Shown: positions 41,077 through 55,487, numbered from the stretch's first letter. The stretch: 64,000 bases of DNA from an uncultured Bacilli bacterium (GCA_963931185.1 OZ006981.1:766859-830858), one strand, 5' to 3'. Program-made: numbers and translations. The notes: generated by a model from the sequence alone, not told the origin.

Positions 41077-41454
41077 GAAGAATATTAGTTCTTCTTTTTT
41101 TAATAACTTTTTAATAAAAAAGAATATTGCTAATATACATGGTATACCAAATATATTTTTATGTAATACAAATATAAATGTTGAAAACGTAGTAAAATAT
41201 TTATGTGATGTTTTTTCAACTAACAATTATAAGAAAATTAAATATGAAGTGATTTTAAATAAAAATGTGCTATAATAGATTACGTAAACGGATGCACACA
41301 ATGTTTTCATTTTGTTTCCAAATTACAAGAAATAAATAGTAATCATAGTACTATAAATACCACAAATATTTTTATTACCTGTGCCACAAAGCCTTGAAAT
41401 ACCAGTAATTACGTAAATAACATAAATACTATAAATACTTGGATTTCTTGAACT

Positions 41455-41623
41455 TGTGGCTCAGGGAAGAAATATAAACAATGTTGTGGTAAATAGCATA
41501 TAAAATAAATAATTATGAGAAATTAAAAAATCAAAAAATGTGTAAATTAGTCAATTTTGTTTCAAAAATAGGAAGAATGAAACCAAAATAGTGTAAAAAT
41601 CTTTTGAAAACAAAAAATTAGCA
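41455..41623 (+). repeat. Direct repeat, copy B (partial secA 3' end of 14 codons plus stop, then the terminator region)
   Basis: See copy A. An upstream in-frame stop shows this copy is not part of a gene. Confidence 0.8.
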
Positions 41624-41857
41624 AATTAATGCTAATTTTTTTAATACAAGAACTTTTCCGTAAAGTAGTAAATAGCTCAAAAAACAGATTTATTAAAATA
41701 AATAAAATAATAAATAGGATAAGTTAAATATTATAATTTATATGATATATTAAATATAATCAATTTATAATACTGAAGGTACGCAAATGATTGACATAGG
41801 AAAAATATTAAGTTAAAATTAAGTTAATAAAATATAGTTGGTAAAGGTGATTTTTAT

Positions 41858-43795
41858 ATGTACGATAACGAGGATGAAATTAAAAGAAAAAGAAGAATAT
41901 TGTTTATTACAATAGCAGTAATAATTACATTAATTATAATATTATTAATATTCCTATTTATTAGAAGTAAAAATAATGAAAATGTTACTGAACCTAAAGA
42001 ACTAACTTGTGAGTTAAAAGCAACTGGTACATTAAATGAAAATAATGTTTATACTTCAGAAGTTATTATTGAATTTAAAAATATGCAAATGGAAGAGCTT
42101 GGAATATATAATTATGGTATAAGTGATAGTAATACGCCGATATATAATAAAAAAACGAAATATGTTATAAATACAAATGGAAATCACGTAGTATATGGTT
42201 ATGTTGAGGATGCTAACGGCAATACTGGAAATTGTAAAATTGAAGTAGAAACTAGCCTTACACAGCCAACATGTGAATTGGAAGTTATAAGTGGAACTGT
42301 TGGGGAAAATGATTGGTACACATCAGATGTTGTTGTTGGGTTTAAAAGCAAAAATTCAAATAATGAAAATGTGACAATAGAAAAGTATTATATTGAAAAG
42401 AAAATATCCGATTTGAATAATGAAGATGTTATAAAAGGAGAAGTACCAGATGAAAATATAGATAAATATACAATTAAAGATAATCAAACTACTCAATTGA
42501 ATGGATATGTAATTGATTCAAATGGTACGAAAGGAATGTGTAGTATAACTATAAAGAAAGATGCAGATACTCCAACATGTAGTTTGAAAGTAATTAGCGG
42601 AACACAAAATAGTTCAGGAATTTATACTAGTGAAGTAACAGTAGGATTTAATACAAAAGACGATAAAACTTCAGAAGTAACTGAGTTTGGTATTGGAACA
42701 GCAGAAAATTATACTGAAGAGACAGCAGTAGTAACAGCTTCAGGAACAACTACAATCTATGGATATGTAAAAGATAGTGCTGGAAATAAAGGAAATTGTA
42801 GTATACAAATAAAACGACCTACTGCGCCACCAGATCCACCAGAAAAACCGCAATCATATCCGTCTTGCACGCTAGAAGTTGTAGGATCGCTAAGTGGTAA
42901 TACCTATTTAGGTAATACAACTGTTAGATTCAAAAGTAAAGGGTCAACAAATGGAGCATCGATTACATCATATGGTATTGGTACTTCAGCACAATTAAAC
43001 GGACAAGATAGTTACACAATAACAACAGCAGGGAATTTTAATATTTATGGAATGGTAAAAGATTCTAACGGAAAAACAGCAACATGTGGACCTGTAAATC
43101 TTAACGTACAAATTCCAACGTTATTGTCATCAAATGTTAAAGTAGGAGATTATGTAGCTTATGACGCAGGAACATGGGGAAGCAGTGCAGCAATTCCAAC
43201 AACAAATAAAAATTTTGGAGGTTATGAGTCAGGTAAAAGCAAAAATTCAAGCGTTAAATGTAGAAATGAAGATACCTCTACTGCTAGTGGATGGAGAGTG
43301 TTGTCCGTAAATGGAAGTACAGTAACAATTATTCATGCAGGAATATCAGAATGTTATTATCATGATGTTACTAGTGCCGATGAAGCGATTAGTACGCTTA
43401 ATAATAGGGCAAGAACAACATATATGAATAGTTTTGCATCTGATGCTAGAATGATGACTCTAAATGACTATAATAGTAATACAACTTTTCAAAATATAGG
43501 TTCACATTACTATATGGCAACAAGAAAAGATAACACAACCTTGTATTATGTTTCGTATACAGGAAGGTTAAGTGGAGGAAGTGCAAGAGCAAATGGCGTA
43601 AGACCTATAGTAGTATTGAAAAGCAATGTAACGACTACAGGTAAGAATTCAAATGGAGCTTGGGTTTTAATACTTGACGGAAATATAAGCAAAGATTTTG
43701 ATACAAATATTACTTATCCAAAATCATATATTGAACTATTTAATAACACAATCGAAAAAGTTGAAGAAATAATTAATAGAATAGTAAAAAACTAA
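41858..43795 (+). CDS. Large surface protein: signal-anchor, four about 90-aa Cys-bracketed Ig-like repeats, and a C-terminal domain with a VRPIVVL motif
   Basis: Repeats of TCEL.., (V)YTSEV.V.F, and GYV.D.NGN.GNC.I; a PPDPPEKP linker. The C-terminal segment ...ANGVRPIVVLKSNV is shared with the 58010..59071 protein (VNYVRPVITVNKDS). Confidence 0.6.
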   Translation: MYDNEDEIKRKRRILFITIAVIITLIIILLIFLFIRSKNNENVTEPKELTCELKATGTLNENNVYTSEVIIEFKNMQMEELGIYNYGISDSNTPIYNKKTKYVINTNGNHVVYGYVEDANGNTGNCKIEVETSLTQPTCELEVISGTVGENDWYTSDVVVGFKSKNSNNENVTIEKYYIEKKISDLNNEDVIKGEVPDENIDKYTIKDNQTTQLNGYVIDSNGTKGMCSITIKKDADTPTCSLKVISGTQNSSGIYTSEVTVGFNTKDDKTSEVTEFGIGTAENYTEETAVVTASGTTTIYGYVKDSAGNKGNCSIQIKRPTAPPDPPEKPQSYPSCTLEVVGSLSGNTYLGNTTVRFKSKGSTNGASITSYGIGTSAQLNGQDSYTITTAGNFNIYGMVKDSNGKTATCGPVNLNVQIPTLLSSNVKVGDYVAYDAGTWGSSAAIPTTNKNFGGYESGKSKNSSVKCRNEDTSTASGWRVLSVNGSTVTIIHAGISECYYHDVTSADEAISTLNNRARTTYMNSFASDARMMTLNDYNSNTTFQNIGSHYYMATRKDNTTLYYVSYTGRLSGGSARANGVRPIVVLKSNVTTTGKNSNGAWVLILDGNISKDFDTNITYPKSYIELFNNTIEKVEEIINRIVKN

Positions 43796-43796
43796 A

Positions 43797-43830
43797 AAAA
43801 CTATGATTTGCACAAATCATAGTTTTATTA
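43797..43830 (+). terminator. Rho-independent terminator
   Basis: ACTATGATTTG-caca-AATCATAGT hairpin plus a T-run. Confidence 0.75.
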
Positions 43831-43943
43831 ATTAAAAAAAATCTAAAAAATAAAAATTTATTGATGCTTTTTTATTAAACAAAAATATGATATAATTCCA
43901 TTATGCATCGAAAATAATATAATATTATATGAAGAGGTGAAAA

Positions 43944-45338
43944 ATGAAATTATATAATACATTAACAAAACAATTAGAAACATTTACGCCTAACGAGAAA
44001 AATACAGTTAGAATGTATACTTGTGGTCCAACTGTTTATCATTATGCGCATATAGGAAATCTAAGGACATATATTTTTGAAGATATTCTTGAAAAAGGTC
44101 TAGAATACCTAGGTTATAATGTATTAAGAGTGATGAATGTTACGGATGTAGGACATTTAACAAATGATTCAGATACAGGTGAAGATAAAATGCAAAAAAG
44201 TGCTATTCGTGAACAAAAAAGTGTTTATGAAATAGCTGACTTTTACGAGAATGCGTTTTTTTTAGATTGTAATAAACTAAATATACGAAAGCCTAATGTT
44301 GTTGAAAGAGCTACTAAACATATAGATACATATATATTGATGATAAAAAAATTATTAGATGAAGGTTATGCATATCAATCCAATGGTAATATATATTTTG
44401 ATGTGTCAAAAGCTAATAATTATTATCAACTATCTGGTAAAAATCCAAAAGATTTATTTGTTGGTGTTCGTGAAACAGTAGAAGAAGATAAAAACAAGAG
44501 AAATCCTTATGATTTCGGATTGTGGTTTACAGTATCAAAATTTTCTAATCAAGAAATGAAATGGGATTCACCTTGGGGAGTAGGATACCCAGGATGGCAT
44601 ATAGAATGTTCTGGAATTTCATATAAATTTCTAGGAGAATATTTAGACATACACTGTGGTGGAGTAGATAATATATTTCCACATCACACAAACGAGATAG
44701 CACAAAGTGAAGCATTTTTAGGGCATAAATGGTGTAACTATTGGATTCATGGTGAACATCTTAATGATTCTCAAGGGAAAATGAGTAAATCTAAAGGGGA
44801 ATTTTTAACAATTTCATTGCTAGAAGAAAAAGGATATAATCCGTTAGCATATAGATTCTTTTGCTTAAATAGTCATTATAGAAATCAATTAGTTTTTTCT
44901 TATGAATCTTTAAACAGTGCACAAAATGCTTATAATAAATTAAAAAACAAAATAAAAAAGCTTGATAGAACTCCAAATTTACATGACAAAAAAATAGACT
45001 ATTACAAAGATAAATTTAAAACAGCAATAGAGAATGATTTAAACACATCTTTAATGATTACAATTATATATGATATATTAAAAGATAGCGAATTAACTGA
45101 CTTTACAAAATTATATTTAATTGCTGATTTTGATAAAGTTTTATCATTGGGATTAATAGAAGAAGATAAAACTGTTGATGAAGAAATAGAATTAATGATA
45201 ATGAACAAAATTAAAGAAAGAGACCTTGCCAAAAAAGAAAAAAATTATGAAAAGGCCGATCAAATACGTAATGAATTATTTGCTCGTGGAATTAAAATAA
45301 TTGATGGTAAAGAGAAAACTACATATGAGATAATATAA
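43944..45338 (+). CDS. cysS: Cysteine--tRNA ligase
   Basis: HIGN and KMSKS motifs plus zinc-binding Cys residues. Confidence 0.9.
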   Translation: MKLYNTLTKQLETFTPNEKNTVRMYTCGPTVYHYAHIGNLRTYIFEDILEKGLEYLGYNVLRVMNVTDVGHLTNDSDTGEDKMQKSAIREQKSVYEIADFYENAFFLDCNKLNIRKPNVVERATKHIDTYILMIKKLLDEGYAYQSNGNIYFDVSKANNYYQLSGKNPKDLFVGVRETVEEDKNKRNPYDFGLWFTVSKFSNQEMKWDSPWGVGYPGWHIECSGISYKFLGEYLDIHCGGVDNIFPHHTNEIAQSEAFLGHKWCNYWIHGEHLNDSQGKMSKSKGEFLTISLLEEKGYNPLAYRFFCLNSHYRNQLVFSYESLNSAQNAYNKLKNKIKKLDRTPNLHDKKIDYYKDKFKTAIENDLNTSLMITIIYDILKDSELTDFTKLYLIADFDKVLSLGLIEEDKTVDEEIELMIMNKIKERDLAKKEKNYEKADQIRNELFARGIKIIDGKEKTTYEII

Positions 45339-45346
45339 GGAGGAAT

Positions 45347-46021
45347 ATGGATATACTATTATTATTATTAGCAGTTATTATTACATTTTCAGCACAAATA
45401 TATGTATCCACAACTTACAATAAAAATAAAAACATAAAAGCAGAGAAAAATATAACTGGATTTGAAGTTGCTAGAACAATCCTTGATAGTTATGGATTAA
45501 ACAATATTTATATAACAGAAACAAATGGCTTTTTATCAGACCATTATGATCCTACAAGAAAAGTAATAAGATTGTCCAAGGAAGTTTTTCATGGCAATAG
45601 CATTGCAAGTTTTTCTGTAGCAGCTCATGAAGTTGGTCATGCTATACAAGATAAAACTGGATATCAATTTATGAAATTTAGAAGCCTAATTTTTCCGCTA
45701 GTCAATTTTGCATCATATTCCGGTTATTTCGCAATATTAATTGGTATTTTGTTGAATTCGATTAATTTTATATGGTTGGGAATATCGTTAGAAATTATTA
45801 TACTGCTATTTCAAATGGTTACATTGCCAGTAGAATTTGATGCTTCAAATAGAGCGTTAAAAGAATTAAAAAAACATAAAATATTAACAAAAAAAGAATT
45901 GATAAAAAGTAAGACAATGTTAACTGCAGCAGCGTTAACATATATTGCCAGTGTATTGAACACAATTTTGCAAATTTTAAGATTGATAATAATTTTTGGA
46001 AATAGTAATACTGAGAAATAA
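45347..46021 (+). CDS. Membrane zinc metallopeptidase (Zn_peptidase_2/YugP-like)
   Basis: HEVGHAIQ motif and TM segments. Confidence 0.65.
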   Translation: MDILLLLLAVIITFSAQIYVSTTYNKNKNIKAEKNITGFEVARTILDSYGLNNIYITETNGFLSDHYDPTRKVIRLSKEVFHGNSIASFSVAAHEVGHAIQDKTGYQFMKFRSLIFPLVNFASYSGYFAILIGILLNSINFIWLGISLEIIILLFQMVTLPVEFDASNRALKELKKHKILTKKELIKSKTMLTAAALTYIASVLNTILQILRLIIIFGNSNTEK

Positions 46022-46025
46022 TAAA

Positions 46026-47267
46026 TTGAAAAAAACAATTGAGAATAATTTTGATTCAATCTTAAAATATTTTATAATAAGTCAGCCATTTTTAGATGCA
46101 ATAAATGCATTTCTTATAAATATATGTGGGATTAATACTACTATTGGTATAGTTATTCGTGGCCTTTTTTTACTTTTTGTAGTTTTATCAGTTGCATTGA
46201 TATATAAAAAAAAGTATGCTATGTATTATTATTTTATAATTTTTATATATGGTTTACTATATATTATAGGAAACAGTATTTATAAAGTGCAAAATAATAA
46301 CATTTTGGAAATAAAAGAAATGATAAAAACATTTTATTTCCCTGTATTATTAATATCTTTGTATTCTATTAGAGACAAAATTAATATAAAAGCTAATTAT
46401 TTATTATATACAATTGGCATCTACCTAATTTTTCTTTTTATTCCAATAATTTTTAATACTGGATTTGAAAGCTATGAAATAACAAAAACAGGAACCATAG
46501 GAATATTTTATTCGGCAAATGAAATAAGTGCTATTTTATCTATCTTATTTCCTTTTATTTTTTTATTAATTAATAATAATAAAATTTTTTCGTTTTTGAT
46601 TATGGTCGTTGGTTATATAATAGTTATATTAAACATTGGAACTAAAACGCCAATAATTTCATTGATAATAACTTGCTTGATAGTATTAGCAATGATTATA
46701 ATAAAAAATATTAAAGAAAAAAAATATAAAAAAATATACTATATCGTAATAATAATATTAATATCTGCTGCTTCAATTACATTGTTTTTGCCTAAAACAG
46801 CTTTTTATAGGAATCTAAAGGTTCATTTAGAATTCTTACAAATAGAAAATATAGCCGATGTATTTAAAAAGAAAAAAATGATAGATCATTTTATTTTTAG
46901 CGAACGACTATCATTCCTCGATGATAAAAATATTATATATGAGCAAAAAAACTGTTATCAAAAATTATTTGGAATTGGTTATTATGATGAAGGCAAAGCA
47001 ATGAAGTTAATTGAAATGGATTATTTTGATGTATATTATAATCACGGAATAATAGGATATATTTTATATTTTTCAGTATATATTTATATATTAATAAAAA
47101 TAATTAAAAATATGATAATAGAAAATAATTTTATCACAGTTAAGGTAATTAGTATAATTTTAATATTGTTATTAACTCTATTTACTGGTCACATAATTGT
47201 AGCACCAGCAGTAAGTTTTCTTTCGATATGTATTATATTGTGTAAAATAGAAAAAAGTCACATTTAA
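46026..47267 (+). CDS. Polytopic membrane protein, possibly O-antigen ligase/Wzy-like
   Basis: About 10 TM helices with a larger loop. No catalytic motif was recognised. The start is uncertain: the track ORF begins at 45996 and overlaps the upstream gene, and TTG 46026 is an alternative. Confidence 0.3.
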   Translation: MKKTIENNFDSILKYFIISQPFLDAINAFLINICGINTTIGIVIRGLFLLFVVLSVALIYKKKYAMYYYFIIFIYGLLYIIGNSIYKVQNNNILEIKEMIKTFYFPVLLISLYSIRDKINIKANYLLYTIGIYLIFLFIPIIFNTGFESYEITKTGTIGIFYSANEISAILSILFPFIFLLINNNKIFSFLIMVVGYIIVILNIGTKTPIISLIITCLIVLAMIIIKNIKEKKYKKIYYIVIIILISAASITLFLPKTAFYRNLKVHLEFLQIENIADVFKKKKMIDHFIFSERLSFLDDKNIIYEQKNCYQKLFGIGYYDEGKAMKLIEMDYFDVYYNHGIIGYILYFSVYIYILIKIIKNMIIENNFITVKVISIILILLLTLFTGHIIVAPAVSFLSICIILCKIEKSHI

Positions 47268-47343
47268 ACATGTGATTTTTTTGTAAAAAAAGATATTTTT
47301 ATGATATTATAATTAATGAAAAAGGCAAAATAGCGGAGTATTT

Positions 47344-47892
47344 ATGAAAAATAAAAAGATAGGGAAAAAATATATAATACATAGTTACAAACACAATGGA
47401 AAAATACATAGAGCATGGGATGAAGCCGTATTGTTAGAAGAGACAAAAGAATATCTAGTATTTGGTAATAATTGCACAAAAGTAACTGAAGCAGATGGAA
47501 GAAGCTGGAAAACCAAAGAACCGGCAATAATGTATTTCTTTTTCAATAGATGGTTTAATATTATTGGCCAACTAAAAAAGGATGGAATATATTATTATTG
47601 TAATATGGCATCGCCTTTTTTAATTGAAGATAATGCAATAAAATATATTGACTATGATTTAGATTTAAGAGTTTTTTCAAATGGAAATATAAAAATTTTA
47701 GATAAAGGTGAATATAAATACCACAAAATAAAAATGAATTATAATGAAAGTATTGATATAATATTGAAAAAAGAATTAGATTCATTGATTGATATGGTAA
47801 AAAAGAAAGAAATAGCATTTAATGAAGAAAATATAAAAAAATACTATGAAAAATATAAAAAAATAAAAAATAATGAAAAAAAAGCAATATAG
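47344..47892 (+). CDS. DUF402 family protein (YgaC-like)
   Basis: Pattern (HSYKHNG...RAWDEA...IDYDLDL) similar to DUF402 proteins. Confidence 0.45.
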   Translation: MKNKKIGKKYIIHSYKHNGKIHRAWDEAVLLEETKEYLVFGNNCTKVTEADGRSWKTKEPAIMYFFFNRWFNIIGQLKKDGIYYYCNMASPFLIEDNAIKYIDYDLDLRVFSNGNIKILDKGEYKYHKIKMNYNESIDIILKKELDSLIDMVKKKEIAFNEENIKKYYEKYKKIKNNEKKAI

Positions 47893-47895
47893 ATA

Positions 47896-48160
47896 TTGAC
47901 AAAAAAGTAACGATTTGATAAATTAAGAGCACAGCTTTGAAATTGGCTGTATATAACACAAAAAAAGCAAAAAAAATGTTGACTCAATAAAAAATGTGTG
48001 TTATATTATAAACCGTTGTCAGTTTAAAAAAAAAGCGTTGACAATTTAAATAATATTTGTTATATTACTAAATGTTGTTTGCTTTTACAGACGACGAAAA
48101 AAAATATATCAAAAAAAGTTAAAAAAATATTGACTAATAAGAAAAGTTTTGGTATATTAC
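47896..48160 (+). promoter_or_regulatory. Four tandem sigma-A-type rRNA promoters
   Basis: TTGACA-17-TAAATT (47896), TTGACT-17-TATATT (47979), TTGACA-17-TATATT (48038), and TTGACT-17-TATATT (48130), all upstream of the 16S. Confidence 0.65.
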
Positions 48161-48252
48161 ATATGCACATCAAAAAAGTGCAAATGATCTTTGAAAACTG
48201 AGCAAAACGTCAATTACATTAAGTCAGGAAAAAAATAAAATAAATCAAACTT

Positions 48253-49822
<1,570 letters not shown>

Positions 49823-50051
49823 AAGGAGTAAAATTCCTGTATCTGACTTAATAAACGTTTTGCTTGGTTTTGAGAGATCATTTGATTTCTCAAATAGTTC
49901 TTTGAAAACTAGATAATGTGTGTTATTTGCTTTACAACGAGCAAAGTAAATAACAATATAATTGTATTTATTAAGTGTACAATTATTAAGATCTCATCAA
50001 ATTAGGATATATAAATATCAAACAAATGGTGGTTAAATTGCTAAGGGCGCA

Positions 50052-52950
<2,899 letters not shown>

Positions 52951-53017
52951 TTTGTTTTTTTGATTAGATCATGCACATTATCTAAGTTTTCAGAGAACTA
53001 TTGTTAATTGTTATGTT

Positions 53018-53122
53018 TATTGGTGACAATAGCTAAGAGGATACACCTGTTCCCATCCCGAACACAGAAGTTAAGCTCTTAAACGCCGACGATAGTGTAT
53101 GCGAAAATAGGTAGTTGCCAAT
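53018..53122 (+). rRNA. rrf: 5S ribosomal RNA (short, about 104 nt)
   Basis: ...GGTGACAATAGCTAAGAGGATACACCTGTTCCCATCCCGAACACAGAAGTTAAGCTCTTAAACGCCGA... The 3' end is approximate. Confidence 0.8.
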
Positions 53123-53381
53123 ATTTTTTTTTGCAAAAAAATTCATTAATATATGAATTTTTTTTATTTATAAGGAAGTGCGTTTGAGCATACAAATAAA
53201 AAAATGTGATAGAAGTTAAATTATCACGCAATAAATAAACCTACTTATTATGAGAGGTTTTAATTGGAAATGATAGGCCATCACAATAAGGGCATTTTAT
53301 CTCAAAAGACTTTTTAGCATTAATAAATTTTAAAAAAACAAGACGTTCTTAAAAATTAGTAGATAATAAAAACATTTTATA

Positions 53382-53436
53382 AAAGTATTGTGAAAAAAAT
53401 AAAAGTATTGTAAACTTTAAATATAAATAATAATAC
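53382..53436 (+). promoter_or_regulatory. Direct-repeat regulatory module plus a sigma-A-like promoter upstream of the prepilin-like gene
   Basis: AAAGTATTGT at 53382-53391 and 53402-53411. TTGTAA-17-TAATAC at 53408-53436. It is near-identical to 752..800. Confidence 0.5.
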
Positions 53437-53450
53437 TAGGAGTGAATTAT

Positions 53451-55286
53451 ATGAAGAATAAAAAAGGATTTACTTTAATAGAATTATTAGCAGTAATAAT
53501 AATATTAGGAATATTAATGATAATAGCAATACCAGCAGTAACAGAGTATATATCATCATCAAGAAAGAATGCCTATATAACAACAGCATCAAGATATATA
53601 GATGGAGTAAGAAACAAGATAAATGCAGCAGAAATACCGGTCTATGATAAAGAAGCAACTTATTATATACCAGGAAGTTGTGTATCAATGGAAAAAGGTG
53701 GAAATAGTCCATATGGAGACTGGAAAGAGTATTATGTAGTAGTAACATATGATGGAACAGGATATGACTATTATTGGACAAGTAGAGATGAAACAAACAC
53801 AGGAATATATTTAACATATCAAGATTTATTAGATGTTGATAGAATAGAGAATAATGTAACAAGTATCTCTACAAATATTGGTGTAGGAGATAGAGAAAAG
53901 ATATTATTATTAAAGGACAGTTGTAGTATAAATGATGCCGAAGAATTAATAGCAACAAGTAATATTCCAGAAAAAGGAACAAGTGATGGAAGTGAAACAG
54001 AAGAACCAGGTAATATAACATATAAAGAAGAAATATTAAATGGAACAGATCCAAAGTTAGAAGATTCATTAATAGCAGTAACAATAGAAGATGATGGAAC
54101 AGTAAAGAAAGCAGATACAACTACTAAGTGGTATAGTTATGAAGAAAAAAGATGGGCAAATGCCGTAATATTAAAAGATGAAAGTAAGAGTTATAATAAT
54201 GGAGAAGTAATACCAGAAGAAGAAATAGAGAGTTATTTTGTATGGATACCGAAGTATAGTTATAAGTTATGGGATTTAGGAAATTATACAGATGATACAG
54301 CAGTAGATACAAGTAAAGTACATTCAATAGATATAAGATTTGGAACAACCAATACAAGTGATAGTGTAGAAGGAGAATGTACAACACCGAAAGTATCAGG
54401 AGAAAGTGGAAACTGTGAAGTAGGAGATTATATGACCCATCCAGCATTCTTAGCCTTTAATACGACAGGAATGTGGGTAGGAAAGTTTGAAACAGGATAT
54501 GATGGTGCAACAAGTGAAAGGGAAGCGAAAAAAGATACAACAGAAGTAGATAAAATAATAGTAAAACCAAATGTCTACAGTTGGAGATATATTCAATTAG
54601 TCAATTCATTTACAATAAGTTATAATTACCAAAGAGAATTAGATTCTCATATGATGAAGAATACAGAATGGGGAGCAGTAGCCTATTTATCACATTCTAT
54701 TTATGGAATAAATAGTGAAATGAGGATTAATAACTATTCTGAACTAAAAACAGGATATGCAGCAACAACAGAAGAGGGAAGTAGTAGTACAACAGAAGTC
54801 GCAATGTGGAATACTCCTACAGGATATTTAGCAAGTACAACAGGAAATATAACAGGAATATATGATATGTCAGGAGGAGCAGAAGAATATGTAATGGGAG
54901 TAATGAAAGATGCAAATGGCAATTTAATGTCAGGTTGGGATTCTACTTGGAATTCAGGATTTAATGGGACATTAATGGATGGGAGTAGTTTTACAAATGG
55001 AATAGATTTTCCAGAGTCAAAATATTATGATGTTTATAATTATAGTACAAGTGATACTGATTATTCACGAAGAATATTAGGAGATGCAACAGGAGAGATG
55101 GGACCATTTCAAAGTGATATATCGTCATGGTATAGTAATGGTGCACGTTTTCTTAAACCTGACATCCCTTGGTTCTTACGTGGTGGCCACTATTTCAGTA
55201 ATCTTAGATCTGGAGAGTTCTATTTCTACAGCAACCATGGGCATGTTTTCGATATCATTTCCTTCCGTTTGGTCTTGAGTGTATAG
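53451..55286 (+). CDS. Prepilin-type N-terminal cleavage/methylation domain protein with a large extracellular region and an FGE/SUMF1-like C-terminal domain
   Basis: Class III signal MKNKKG|FTLIELLAVIIILGILMIIAIPAV, the type IV pilin motif. The C-terminus carries GIYDMSGGAEEYV and WFLRGGHYFSN, which resemble the FGE-sulfatase-family GxYDMxGNVWEW and RGGSW motifs. Confidence 0.6.
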   Translation: MKNKKGFTLIELLAVIIILGILMIIAIPAVTEYISSSRKNAYITTASRYIDGVRNKINAAEIPVYDKEATYYIPGSCVSMEKGGNSPYGDWKEYYVVVTYDGTGYDYYWTSRDETNTGIYLTYQDLLDVDRIENNVTSISTNIGVGDREKILLLKDSCSINDAEELIATSNIPEKGTSDGSETEEPGNITYKEEILNGTDPKLEDSLIAVTIEDDGTVKKADTTTKWYSYEEKRWANAVILKDESKSYNNGEVIPEEEIESYFVWIPKYSYKLWDLGNYTDDTAVDTSKVHSIDIRFGTTNTSDSVEGECTTPKVSGESGNCEVGDYMTHPAFLAFNTTGMWVGKFETGYDGATSEREAKKDTTEVDKIIVKPNVYSWRYIQLVNSFTISYNYQRELDSHMMKNTEWGAVAYLSHSIYGINSEMRINNYSELKTGYAATTEEGSSSTTEVAMWNTPTGYLASTTGNITGIYDMSGGAEEYVMGVMKDANGNLMSGWDSTWNSGFNGTLMDGSSFTNGIDFPESKYYDVYNYSTSDTDYSRRILGDATGEMGPFQSDISSWYSNGARFLKPDIPWFLRGGHYFSNLRSGEFYFYSNHGHVFDIISFRLVLSV

Positions 55287-55487
55287 TCGTAATACTTAAC
55301 CATGATATTTGTTGTTTGATACATGAACAAAGTATTAATAAATACAAATTTTATATTAAGAAATATTTTAATTATGTCAATTGCAAAAAAGCAAATGACA
55401 TTTTTTTTGCAGTAAATTTTATGTAATATTTTAATAAATAGTTGAATTAAACAATTTATATTTGCTATAATATTTTTGGTGATAAGG

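Noticed and set aside
49823-50051. tRNA genes in the 16S-23S spacer or downstream of 5S
   Set aside because: No GGTTCGAATCC-type T-arm or acceptor-stem pairing is detectable. The spacer is short and AT-rich.
53470-54922. Series of Leu/His-rich minus-strand ORFs (53470..53862, 53869..54120, 54124..54447, 54734..54922)
   Set aside because: They are antisense to the prepilin-like gene, whose AT-rich, A-rich codon usage generates long low-complexity reverse-frame ORFs. None has an RBS.
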